Position numbers and translations under genes: made by a program. The notes beneath the pieces were generated by a model. The model saw only the letters and a program-made list of their open reading frames with translations, ran no database searches and was not told the origin of the DNA. This document shows positions 1 through 30,269 of a stretch of 64,000 nt of DNA, in pieces. The DNA comes from Chrysomallon squamiferum (lineage: Eukaryota; Animalia; Mollusca), in assembly GCA_012295275.1 (NCBI GenBank), contig CM022674.1, positions 2,604,001 to 2,668,000 on the forward strand. The letters are read 5' to 3'. Numbering within the stretch: position 1 is the first letter of the stretch; each line of letters begins with the position of its first letter.

Positions 1-274
1 GAGCAATGGTGAATTTTCAGTGTGAATAGTCATCAATAATAATTTCATAATATGGAATATATCTCTACATTTATGTAAACTCCATACCTGTTATTCTACA
101 AAAGTGAAATGGCTTTGTAATGTGTTAATATTTACATATGTTAATGGCAACTGTTCATGCTTTATAATGTTGTTATTCTACTTTATGTTTAACAAAGGAT
201 TAATTAGCAACAGAGAATCTTTAACATATGCCTTCCCATTAACAGTAACGATGAAACTGACAATGTAAACTCAC

Positions 275-17293
<17,019 letters not shown>

Positions 17294-17377
17294 TTTGTCA
17301 ACAAACCAAGCTCAAGTTCGGACCTAAAACGCGGACAGAGTACAACATTTTATTTATTTGTATATTTATTTATTTTT

Positions 17378-17422
<45 letters not shown>

Positions 17423-17894
17423 AAAATAAAAAAATAAATAAAAATAAAAACTTGCATGAAATACAGGTGCATATGGAAACGAGATTGAAATGTATTCATT
17501 TAGAGATCAGTGTATTATTTGTAGTGTAAACAATATTTAATAGAGCAGCCACTCCTACTACTACTGCTGCTGCTGTTCTGTATAATAGGTTAAGAAAAAA
17601 ATTAAAAGAACTAAAATACGTGTAAGCAGTCGTCATCAGCATCATCATTATTATTATTAGTTTATTGTTGTTGTTTTTCTTTCTTTTTTTAATTGTTGCT
17701 GTTGGTCTTGCTGCTGCTGCTATAGCTGTTGTTGAAGCAAGTAAAACGACCATTCATGTTACACCGCTTGTCAAATCTCTAAGCGACAGTTAAAAAATTA
17801 ATAAAGAATTAATGGTATTTAAGGTTTTGATCGGTGCTTGCCGATATTAAGGATTGTCGATTCTCGTTGAACAGACGTAGTGTGAAATATTCAG
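17294..17894. promoter_or_regulatory. Probable bidirectional promoter of NPHP4 and integrase-derived gene 1, including a + strand non-coding exon ending at 17894
   Basis: Divergent arrangement; local CpG enrichment; strong donor CAG|gtatgt at 17894 and acceptor ttttcag at 18698 just before ATG 18726; X-box-like ATCTCTAAGCGAC at 17775-17787; YY1-like CCGCCATTTT over the NPHP4 ATG. Confidence 0.5.
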
Positions 17895-18725
17895 GTATGT
17901 TTAAAATGTTGTCGGCGTTACATTTCCTGGCTTTAAACAGTATGAATTGTTAAAAAGTGATAAATTTCTATGATATAAAATAAATGAATAAATTAAATTC
18001 GGGTGTGTTTTGAAATACTACGTTAAAATATTTTTAATTTTTGGAGGGAGCTTTTTCCGGAATTTAGACACAGAAAAGAATTTACGAAACGAAATGAAAT
18101 GAAGAGAAATTTTCTCATTGAATATGATAAAATAAGTATGACATCTACTAACTTATTTATTTATTTACTTCAGTATGTTTGACGTTGTTTTAAATAAAGG
18201 AGATATATTTGTTTTCTCTTATGACTTTGTGTACATTTTGAATAATCATTTTAAATAAGTCTTCGTCACGTTGGTGATGAGAATCAGTCATGGAATTGCT
18301 GGATAATATTAACACAATAACAGTCATTAATAAGGCTTATTTTAATTTTTATTAAATTTCTTATCATCACATGATGAATAACTCGGCATGTATATGTTCT
18401 TGAGGTTTTATTAATGCCTGAGCCAAGAATTTTGAAGATTAAACATGTTTTGTGTACATTCTGTTCACAACAAGTTACATTATTACAATTCATAATCAAG
18501 ATATATTATTCTTTTACAATGACAGTCAAAATAATTTCATGTTCAGAAAATAATATAAGTGTTCATTATTCTTGTATATTTCTGTTTAGCACTGTTATGA
18601 ATTACGAAAAGAAAGAAAATGTATTTATGTTCACACATTTTTAGTCAATATGCAGATGTTTAATTATAATTTAAAATGATTATTATTATTATTTTCAGAT
18701 CAGATGATATTAGAATTTAAGAATT

Positions 18726-21123
18726 ATGGAAGGCAATGAACATATGGAACACATGAAGGAGTTTTTCTTGAGAAGGTGTGAAAGTGATCAATCGGTCGTC
18801 ATTGGCCCTGAACGATATCGGAAAATTGTTGACGTTCTGCTGGGTGTAAAAGCACCAACTCCTTCTTTCAAATTCTGGTTGAAGAAAAATGATTTCCAGC
18901 TAATCGACATCCCTAGCACTAATGAGACAAATGTTCTTGTGGCTCCTGGGAAGAATAATTCTGACAGTCATGAAAAGAGATACGTGAGAGTACTTAAACT
19001 CGAAGATGTGTACCCAGCAGTATCAAACATACATATGAATGAACAAAACCATGGTGGCTCTAAAAAATGTTTTGAAGCTGCCAGTAAACTGTTCTATAGG
19101 CTACCACGTTCATATATCGAAGAATTTGTAAGGACTTGTCCGACATGTTTTCACAGGAAGAAGAGGATTGATCCAATATATGTAAACATGATAACAGAAA
19201 AAAATAATCGGAAGGGTATTTTTGATAAAATAAAAGTCAACACAATCAACATTGGTAGCGTATCGACCGCAGGTTATACACACGTAGGAATGGTCGAAGA
19301 ACAGCACTCTAAATTCATCGTTCTCTTTCCATTAAAGACAAACACAGCGGCAGATGTGGCCAAATCATTTAGTCATCATTACCTTGCAATCTTCGGCCCT
19401 CCTAAATCATTTATCAGTGACAATGGACAACAGTTTATGGACCAGGTCCTGCATGAACTGCTACACACTTGGAATGGAATTCCTCTGACGTTAATGAACG
19501 AAACATTGCCTCATATCCCACCAGAGGATGTATCTGATAGATGTAATATAATTTTAGACACGCTCACAAATCTGATATCGGAGAAGGGAGAAAACTCTTG
19601 TGCTTGGCATGACTGGCTGCCTGACATTGCACTGAGATTAAATATGACGCAGAATGAATTTCGAAGGTCCCCGTTCAGTATTATGTTCGGCCATAATGCC
19701 TATGTTGGTGAATACAACAGTAATGTCATAATAAAAGCCATAGATGACCAAACAGAAAATGAAAGTGTGCCTATAAATAATGAGTAAGTTTTTATTTCTG
19801 ATATGTTTTGTTTTAAAACAGCAGATCTTAGAATTTAATTAGTCATAAATAGGAATAAATAAAAATGATGTCTGATATTGAATATCCACAGTATATTCAC
19901 TAAGTGGAGTTAGTAATGTTCTTTAATTGCAACCTCATGGGGTAACATATTGAGAAAATATTAAAGGCAACTATTTATTATTTTTATTTTTTATTTATTT
20001 TCTTTGTTTCTAACAAAAAAGGTATTATAAAGCATTTAACTTGGAAACCATTGTTTATGGGACTAATGTCCTGCAATAGTCACATTCAGTGTATTTTGTT
20101 TCAATTCTATTATAAACTAGTATAATTATGTACTGTTTTAACTTTTAAAAGTGGTCAGTGTTTTTATTTGTTTTTCTTGTTATCTTAACTTTTTAATGAG
20201 AGATTTTGTTACTATAATTTACATAATACTTTGGTTGAATCTGAGATTTATTTTAAATAATTTGACTTCATGATAGTGTATTTGTTCATTATTTCTTTTT
20301 CTTCATCTGATAATTTCTGTTATGTATATATTTTGTGTTTGTGTGTGTGTGTCTAGCATATATATGTAGTGTTTGATGAAGAAGATGGTTATATATTTAT
20401 TATTAATCAAGGAATACAATGGTTATTTATTTTGTATGAATTCAAAGATATAATTCTTCATCACCAGTTGATTTCTTTTATTAACATTATATTTTGTATT
20501 GCAGACAACAGAATGATTTCGACTTGAATCATAAACATCTTGCGGACATGTCGTACACCACAAGTTTTGTTCTCGACCAATCGTCTTGCAATTCGGTGAC
20601 TTCGTCAGATTCCCTCTTAACAAGTGCATGTTTGGAAAAACGTACCTCAAAACGCAAACACGAACAAGACACTAACAACAAATCGCAAGAAGAAAGTCCG
20701 TCCAAGAAACTTGTTCAGAGTCTGCTTCCTGTGATGCGAAATCTTAGAAAGAAAAAGAAGAAGAAGAAGAAGAAAAAACAGCCGAAAGCAATGACCCTTG
20801 CTGGCTGTACGGACAGAGTGGTTGTCAAGGCAACGACCAGCACAGCCATGAAGGCTTTAGAAATGTCAAAGTTGGGAATAATCGAAGCAGCATCGCCTGA
20901 TGTGCGACGTGCCAAATCAAAAATAAACAAAGACACTGAGCCTGAATCGGACCAGAGTTCCTCGTCCAGTGAGGAGTCCTCTTCTGAGGAGGAACAAGAT
21001 GTAATAAGTCTCCTTAGTAAAGAAATAGGAGAAAAAACAAAAATGGACATTCTGAAAACTGTCATGACATCTTTGGCAGTAGTGCAGAAAAAGAAAAGGA
21101 AGAAGAAAAAAGCTAGAACTTGA
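18726..21123 (+). CDS. Integrase/transposase-derived protein 1 (NOL4-like N-terminus, H2C2 zinc finger, degenerate DDE core; KRBA2/SCAND3/Ginger2-like), ~558 aa
   Basis: Exons 18726-19783 and 20505-21123 joined in phase 2 (GA|gtaagt..ttgcag|A). Motifs: RYRKIVDVL..FKFWLKKNDFQL (NOL4-like), H-x5-H..CPTC, SKFIVLFPLK, IFGPPKSFISDNGQQF, WLPDIALRLN, SPFSIMFG; Lys-rich and acidic C-terminal tail. Confidence 0.85.
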
Positions 21124-22427
21124 CAGTTATTGTTATTTTGTGAATCACGAGTGCATTAAAATAGGAATTTTTTTGGATTCCTATGTGATATTCATCATAT
21201 TATATGAAATAAAAGCAATTGTTTGTTTTAATTATTAAAGTGTCAAGTATGTTTTATTGTTTTCTATCAATGTAAAATGGAATATAGTCAAATATATTTG
21301 AATAAGGAGTGGTTTCCAAGACTTTAATTTTATTATTATTATTGTTATTATTGTTATTGTTATTGTTATTGTTATTGTTATTTTATTTATTGTTGTTGTT
21401 TTTGTTTATTGACTTATTTTATTTTATTTTTTAACAAAAATGAATTTAAAATACACTTTGAAAGAATGTATTGAGATTTAAAGCAAGATGGGTTTTTTTC
21501 ATTATAAAATATCATAATCTCTCATTTTCAGTTAGCTGCAAGGTGTTTTACATGACAAATAACTAGTAAGTAATACGGTACAACAGTGGGGATTTAATGT
21601 GAACAAAAATTAGTTCTCCATTTGGGTGGATTTATGTCATAGCCATCTTTCGTATCATTTATGTATACATTTACAAACTTGTTTTTAATCCATAACCTAC
21701 TTGAAGTAGTTGATATCCATTTATTTGGTTTCTTTGCAGTCCATTGCGGTATTTAGATGGGACTGTTTTTTTATAATGATTAGTTCAGGCGAGACTAATA
21801 GTTAATCCGGTAAGTTTTATCAAAGACAAAGATGATTTCAAATGAATGTCATTTCATAATTATATTTAAAAAATAAAAGTGTTATTATGTATTCGAAAAC
21901 GATTACAAATTTCAACTTTTCTTTAAGTTTAAAATACTTGTACTGTCAAAATACTAGTGTGGGCGTCCCGTTTTAAAACGGTCCAAACATTTGATCTAAA
22001 ATGTAGGACAAAAATGCGGATGTGAATCTCAAAAGCGAATATTACAAACAAATGAATACTATTAATTATTGACCTAAAGTAATAAAATTATTCAGGACAA
22101 TATATATTATTACGAACGCATCATATGATTTAAATATAACGAACTGTAACGTAGTAGGACAGTTGATTTTGACAGTTCGTACGAGTATTCCTATTCGGTG
22201 CGCCCTGTGTATAAATTCAGGTCATGGTAAAATGGAATAATACCAGCTAAACATTATGATTAAAATGTTTTGAGATGTTTAAAAAAATATAAATAAATAA
22301 AAATGTTAATAATTATCGGCGATTCCAATTTTTTTTTAATTTTTAATTTTTTTAATTTATAAATAAAACTTAAAGTGAAATACGAACAATAAAAGTAATA
22401 AAAAATTATTAAATTTGTGATAACATT

Positions 22428-22479
<52 letters not shown>

Positions 22480-23163
22480 TTTGAACATACGAATAACAAG
22501 AAATAATAAAAGAAAAATGTAGAAGTGTTAAAAAAACTAATTTAGCTATTACAGAAGAAAATTCTACATTGCAGTGCTTGTGATGGATTAGACTAGGTTG
22601 TTGATCCACATTTCAACCAGTGCACCATTTCTAAATCAATATTTTGACTTAAAATAACCACTGTCTGTTTGTAGGTCAGTTTAAAATTCCCTTAATGCTA
22701 AACTGAGAGTTGCCCCTAAATAAGTTATATACAAATATTTATCCATAGCAGCTGTTGTTCAGCTTAAAAAAAAAGAGATGAACACCAAAGTTTTATCTGA
22801 AATTACTAAATGTTCTTTGAGCATTTCTATTGAATATTATAAGTTACTTGGTATTATGTAGAAATATAATGTGAGATTATTCATTACATTTTTGAAATAT
22901 TAACTGATACAAGTTATGCACAAATTCAACTTAAATCTCAACCAATTTTATTCTTTACATCTTGAAATATCAATTAACATTGCAACACAGTCAGAATTTC
23001 TGCTTAAATATCAACTGATTTTATTCACTGCAGGTACCAAAATATTAATTGAAATACTAATAGTTTATTACCAACCTGATCTGTGTTTTGCAGATTGAAA
23101 CTGGTTATCTCGAATGAGAACAACGAGGAAAAATAAAGGGTAAAGAAACACAAGAGCAGAAGT

Positions 23164-24254
23164 ATGGATAACCAGATGCACAGCAAACACATGGAAAGGT
23201 GTCTATTGAGAATCTGTAAAGGCGACACAACTGTGCTTATTAGTCCTGAGCGCTACAGGAAAATTGTTGATGTTTTGTCAGGAAAGTGGATTCCAGACAG
23301 CTCTTTTAAATTCTGGTTGAATAAGAAAAAATTCCAGCTGATAGACAATCCCAGTACAAACGAAACGGACATTTTGGTAGCACCAGGTAAAATAAGCGAG
23401 GAAGCAGATGAAATCGGGTACGTGAGAGTTCTCAGATTCGAAGAAATATATCCAGCCATCTGGGAGATCCATGCCAACGAACAAGATCATGCTGGCTACA
23501 GGAAATGTTTCCAAAGAGCGAACAGTCTGTACTACAGGATTCCGAGATCATACATTCAAGAATTCATCAGGTCGTGTCCTGTTTGCCTCCACAACAGAAA
23601 ACATCTCGAGTCACGTTCCACTTCGTTTCTGGACAAAGATTTTCAACCAGTTGTTCTGGAGAAGCTAAAGCTCAACATTCTTAACATCAGCTGTGTTTCA
23701 TCAGAAGGATACACTCATGTTGGAATGGTTGAAGATATGTATTCAAAATTCATAGTTCTCTTTCCATTAAAGAGTGCAAACCCAAAAGATGTTGCCCATT
23801 CCTTTTGCCAGTATTATCTAGGCATATTTGGACCCCCGACGTCATTCTTGAGTGACAGTGGACATGAGTTCATGGACCAAGTGTTAAACGAGTTGTCAGG
23901 TGTTTGGAGTGGGTTTCCACTGAAACTACAAAATGAAACTCCTCATGAGATTGCTATGGAGGAGGTATCACAAAGAAGTAACATAGTGACAGAAACTCTG
24001 AATATTCTGATCTCAGAACAGAATAATGGAGAGTGTGCATGGCATAACTGGCTCCCAGATATTGCCTTGCGACTGAACGCAACACAGAGTGAATTGAGAC
24101 GATCTCCTTACACTATAATGTTTGGAACTGATGTTCAGTATGGAAATTATGGATCCAATATCATTAACAAATGCAGTGAGGAAACCAGCACTGATAGTTT
24201 CATTAATAAAACAGAGTAAGTTTCCAAATTCATTTGTTTTTATGCTTATAGTCC

Positions 24255-24317
<63 letters not shown>

Positions 24318-25259
24318 ATTCATTCATTCATTCATTCACTTTCATTCTCTCATACGACATCATTCTTTTTCACAATATTTATTTCTTGTACAATTTTTTA
24401 AAAAAAAAATTTGCACCTTTCATAGTCAATTGATTGTCTTTTTTCAGAATATACAATCATCAACAGTTATGATATTACTATTATTCATATAATTTTTTTT
24501 TTCTTTGTTATTGATTGTTATCTTTTTCTTCATTATTAACATGACTTTTCGTAGATCTTGGGACAGAGGTAAAGAGTACATCTATATTAGCTGTGCAGTT
24601 TTATCAACTGTGTAATCAGGTATAAAAGTTGAAGACGGTCAGACATGACTGATGAATTAATAACAAGCAATATGTATAAAAACTGTTTATGATTATTATT
24701 TCTTTCAGACGACCAGATGATGCTGACAATGACGGTGACGATGTTGTAAACTCCACAGCAGATTCGACCTGCAGCACAACCACAATGAAACAAGAACCAG
24801 AAGAAACTCCATGCTCACAGCTACAGAATTCAACCGTGAAAAGGAAAAAATGTAGAAGACAAAAACAATCAGATATGAAAGCTAAAGAATATGAAAGTCC
24901 AGCAAACAAGCTACCAAGAACTTACATTACCATTCGTCCCAACGCAAAGACAAGACGTAAAAGCAGCAATGGAGAGTATCATGAACACTGAAAAAATAAG
25001 AACACTGAAAAAGACAGCAACTGCAACATCGACCTCCAGTGACTTGATATCAGATGTTGATTCATTTTTGGAAGAATCTGATGATAATCTGACATCATCT
25101 GCAGAATCGTCGTCAGATGAGGAGGATGTAGATGTTCTTGATTTTTTGACCCGTGGTTTGGATAAAAAGAAAAAACTGATGATGCTGAAGAAAATTGTGA
25201 CTTCTCTTGTGCTTCGCCAGAATAGGAAAAAGTCCAAGAAAAAGAAAAGAAAAAAATAA
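23164..25259 (+). CDS. Integrase/transposase-derived protein 2, tandem paralog with a frameshift in its last exon
   Basis: Exons 23164-24215 and 24709 onward with the same phase-2 intron position as paralog 1; alignable along its length (RYRKIVDVL, FKFWL, H-x5-H..CPVC, IFGPP..SDSG..F, WLPDIALRLN). The spliced frame stops at 24991, but the homologous C-terminus (ESSSDEEDVD..IVTSL..KKKKRKK) lies in the +1 frame ending 25259. Confidence 0.8.
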
Positions 25260-25718
25260 ATAAGAATGTGTGATAACCAAAACTGAAAATAAACTATTTA
25301 TAATAAAACTAATTTTCTTGAAGAGTACTTTTTGGGGGCTTTGTTTTTGTTAACCATTTACATCAGCATTATTATTGTTTTTGATTAGAATTTAGCATAT
25401 ATTTCAATAAACTTTTAACTTTTTTTGTATTGAATAAATATTTGTAAATATGTATTTTATTTAAAAAATGTGGATATATTCAGTTTATAAAATTGTTTGT
25501 CCTTTTTATGATATATGCTTTGCTGTTTATGAAAAATAGTTTTGAGTGGCAGCATATCGTATAATTTTTATTTTCATTTACTTATTTTTTATCTTTTCTT
25601 TACACCAGTTAAGTTCAGACAACGATACACAGTGTTAAAATAAAGGCATTCAACTATGACCTATTAGCAATATATTACTGATGCTCTAAATAATGGCGGA
25701 AATAAAAGACAAATCGGC

Positions 25719-28378
25719 ATGGCGACGTCAGTAGCAAAATTATCTTCGAAAGAATGCTCTATTCTGGAAAATAATGTAAAATACAAAAAATTCACAACAC
25801 TGCAAAAATTCAAGCATATTTACATAGGCGATGAGATAGAGAGGTGGAATGCGATGAAACTGGACAATGCATGCAAAAGTGACATCGAAGTCGCACGACT
25901 GTTACTTGATATCTATCAAATTTATAAGTAAGTTTTGTTTAAAAATAATAATTAAGAAACAACAAAAAATTGAATGTATCTTACGTCTGGTATTTAATAA
26001 AACGGTAATTCATATACATGTAGAAAAATGCTATTGTTGTTATATATTCACTTAATTAAAATTAAAAAAACAACAAAAAAAAAAAAAAAAAAAACCCACA
26101 AAAAATAACGGTCTTACGACAGTGGCGGTAAATAAGAAATGGGGAAATAATCAAAAATGTCAGTTACGTATCGACGTACCCAGGATTAATCCTGTAACTG
26201 TAACGTACAAAGCATCTAGAACTTAATATTATTTCATCCAACATTTAGGTTACATCTCAGTCATTTAAATATTACTATCATTATACTATTAAATTTATTG
26301 CTGCCAAATTTTAATTTAAATTATACGCTAATTTACTGTTATTACTTTACCGTTAATAAAGTTTTCCAGTAGTCTTGTGTTTTATCACACTAAATTAATT
26401 TTTAAATGAAAAAAGAAGAGATATGTAACTAATTATTTGCCAATAAAGTCAAGTAATATTGGATTTAATATGAACATTATAGGACTACTTAATAGGACTA
26501 CTATTAGCAATAGTCTAATTTGTTGAGGTTTTAAAATTATAGATAGATAGATAGATATAAAATAAATTATTTACAAGGAAAAAAAAAAAAATAGATTTGT
26601 AACAATTATTTGAATTTAATGATGAACTATAAAAATATATATAAAATTTTATTTATGTCTTCAGAACCAGTTACCCTATCAGATTTAAGGAGATGAGGGA
26701 ACTACATGAGATAAAAACTGATGATCTGCAGTCTGTGAATGGTGAAGATAAATCACTGAGTTATTTTGAAAACATTCAGATCAAAGAGGAACCAGAAAGT
26801 GATTTTGATTCTAACCAGATTTTCAATTTTCTGATTCCCCAGGGATTGGAAATGAAAGAAGAAACCTTAAACTGCATTCATCCTGAAGAAATTATCAATA
26901 ATTTTTCCAAATCTTGTTTGTCGTCTACTGAAGAGTCAGATGATGTAATGGGTGCTAGCTTGACTTTGTCTGATAAAAAATGTTGTATTTTTGGTGAATG
27001 TAATAGTCATTCTTCTTGTTATTCCAATTCCAACGATGACGTAGGCACAGAAAATTTGGATCCCGTTAACTCTGGAACGGTAAATAATGAAGACTGTATA
27101 GCATACAATCAGTCTTTTGTTGAAGAAAAAAAAGATCTGCAGGTTAGTTCGCAGCCTGGAACAAAGTCAAATGAAAGACTGGTCATTAACAGACAAAACA
27201 AGCTTAGCGCCGATAGGTGCAACGAATGTCAATCTTTCACCAACAGCAGTCATGAAAACGATGCCAAAAAACGACCGTGAAGATGAAGAAACGAAAATAT
27301 ACACGGAATGGCCGTAGGAAAAAAAGAAAACGAGGAATTAGAAAAAAAGATTTTAATGAAAGTAATAAAGATTCACTTGTGTCAATCAATGAGCAAAATA
27401 CTTGTATATCTGACCAGAAGCGTGGCTGCACTACAGTTTATTCTGGTTCAAACCAGGCGGGTATTCACGAGTTAGGTGATGATGAATTTCTCTGTGCTGA
27501 CTGCGGTGAAAGATTTCTGTCAGCTGAAGAGTTGGACTTGCACGCCACGAATCGGCACAAGACTGCACCAGTCCAGCGTGCTTCTAACTCCTGTCATTCC
27601 ACTGCACACTGCAAAGAATGGATGACGGAACACGTTCGTTTGAAACATTCAGGAGTAACTGGATCGATTTCAGACAGCGACACCGCGACCCACGACAGAC
27701 ACACCCGATCCAGGATTAACTACAGTCGCGGTCTGTGTGACATATGTGGGGCTGAGAAAAAATATCTTCGAGAACATATGTATTACGTTCATAACGCTTA
27801 CGATTTCGGTCAAGGTCGAGTCGTGATCTGCGAAGTGTGTGGCGCGGAATTTCCCAACCGTGTACAACTTAACAAACATCGGCTGACGAGGCACACAGAA
27901 AAAACGATCCACTGCAAGTTTAACGGTTGCAAAGTTATGTTCAAGACAAACGGACTGATGGAACGACATTACAAGCTCGTCCATCTGGGTATCAAGCGAT
28001 TTGTGTGCCCGTACGAAGGCTGCCTGTTTCGGACGGGGGACAGAACGTCGTTCGGGAAACCACACCAGAGCGATTCATTTGAAAATTAGAAGCTTCCCGT
28101 GTACGTGGTCTGGTTGCAACAAAAGCTTCTTCGACAACAAGAACCTTGTGGTTCACGAACGCATTCACGCAGACGTGAAACCCGTGCGTTGCGAGTTCTG
28201 TGATTACAGGTGCAGGCAGAGAACGGCTCTGAACTGGCACTTGCGCACAAAACACAAAGAGCAGGCGTGTGTTTCTTCTTCTGTCTCCGGTGCCTCTAAA
28301 AATGTCCCCGTTGGCGTTCCAGCATTATCTCACGCTTTGAAATCAGGACGAAAGAAAAAACAAAAAGCAAACACGTGA
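25719..28378 (+). CDS. C2H2 zinc-finger protein, ZNF692/ZNF653/ZFP91-like (two apparent 1-nt frameshifts)
   Basis: Exon 25719-25927 (IYIGDEIERW..SDIEVARLLLDIY, like the ZNF692/ZNF653 N-terminal motif) splices in phase 2 to an exon from 26665. About 7 C2H2 fingers, ending NLVVHERIH..KPVRCEFCDYRCRQRTALNWHL (cf. ZFP91-family KPLQCEICGFTCRQKASLNWHM). Frame breaks at the A6 run 27266-27271 and GGGAAA 28054-28059. Confidence 0.85.
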
Positions 28379-28917
28379 TACGATTCCGTTTTAATCATTT
28401 TTGTTTTGAATTTGTTTTCATTCATTCATGGTGCTATTAACTTAAGCTTTGGTTATGTTGTTATTTATTTATTTTTTTTTTGTATTTTTTTTTTTTTTAA
28501 ACTTATTTTATATTTCTATATTTATTATTTTTTTTTTTATTAAATTTTATTTTTTTTTATTACATTTTTAATTATTATTTTTTGGTTTATTTATTTATTT
28601 ACCTTTTATATTTCTATATTTATTATTTTAATTTTTATTAAATTTTATTTTATTTTATTAAATTTTTAATTATTATTTTTTGGTTTATTTATTTATTTAC
28701 CTATTTTAGTTTATATTTATGTTATATTTATTTATTATAAATATATATATATATATTTTTTTTTTCTTGCGCTAGCAACTTCTGTCTTGATGCAAAATTT
28801 TGTTGATGCGTTTTAATTTTGTTTTATATTTGATCAGGCAAAACGCCGTTCATGGTTACTATTAAAGTTACTGCTGTTTCTTTACTCTGATGTTCTTGTG
28901 TGTTCGTGTGTTTTGCT

Positions 28918-29018
<101 letters not shown>

Positions 29019-29143
29019 TACAAACCTAAGAAAAGAAGAAGAAAAAAAGAAGAAAACCAAATTGTGTTAATGCTGAATCATAGGAAAACAATTGTAAAAA
29101 CCAGAAAATCTCTGATAATATGCAGCATGTGTCAAAGTGGAAT

Positions 29144-29183
<40 letters not shown>

Positions 29184-29633
29184 GTAATAAGTAAATAAAA
29201 TAAAAAACTATAATAATAATAATATTAATAATAATAATAATAATAAGTAATAAGTAAATAAAATAAAAAACGATAATAATAATAATATGTAATAATAACG
29301 AGAAGAAGAAGAAGAACATAAGACAGAAAATGATGCTACTTTGTGACAGAAACGATTGACGTAACTGTACTAATAAAAAAGCTCTCTGATCCGAGGCTCA
29401 GCTGGTGAACAAGACAACTGCTAACAGAATAATCTCCAGTCTTTGTAATAACATTCAGTTCCAGCCGTGCGGACACAGTAAATATGTCTAGGCAATGGCG
29501 TCAAATATAAAACAGGTTTAGGTCCGAAGTAATCGGATGTCAACGCTCTTTAAACCAATTTGTTGTTGTTGTTGTTGTTGTTTTCACTTTCAGTCAGTTT
29601 TTATTCTTTTTTTTTAATTATTTAATTTTGTAT

Positions 29634-29676
<43 letters not shown>

Positions 29677-29962
29677 TTAATTTTTATTAAAAGATAAAGT
29701 AAAATAAAATAATAACGTTGTAAGAAAAGCGTTGGCGTAAGAAAGTTTGTCACCCTGAGCTGGATAATCTTTTTTTTTATTTTTTATTTTTATTTTTATT
29801 TATTTTTTCATCATCCTAGAATGTAGGTGTTAAGATTAGATCTAATTATACATTTAGACAGCAACAACAACGACAACAACAATATTTCTCGAACAAGACG
29901 ATGATGATGATAGTATTACTACTATTACCAATACTTTATTAATAATTAAAGAATGAGACTGA

Positions 29963-30047
<85 letters not shown>

Positions 30048-30269
30048 ATAATAAATAAAATAAAATAATTAAATAATAAAATCATGAAATGAAAAAGTAG
30101 AATACTCGATAAATTAACCAATTCATTAAAACGAAATGAACAGAAATTTAGTGACATACAACTTTATATTTTACTGAAAATGCCATTTGTTTATAGACAA
30201 CAGAATCAGGATTTAACCTAGACATCTAATGTTTAACAATAACAAATATTCCACTCAAAGAAACATCAG

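Noticed and set aside
21942-22177. 11-bp inverted repeat actgtcaaaat/attttgacagt upstream of integrase gene 2
   Set aside because: Too short, no TSD seen, and it does not flank the ORF, so it is not supportable as a TIR.
18726-24219. Active LTR retrotransposon or DNA transposon
   Set aside because: No RT, RNase H, gag, LTR or clear TIR; catalytic triad degenerate; host-like exon structure.
28054-28060. GGGAAAC as a programmed -1 slippery site
   Set aside because: It is out of phase for X XXY YYZ and the required shift is +1; an indel is simpler.
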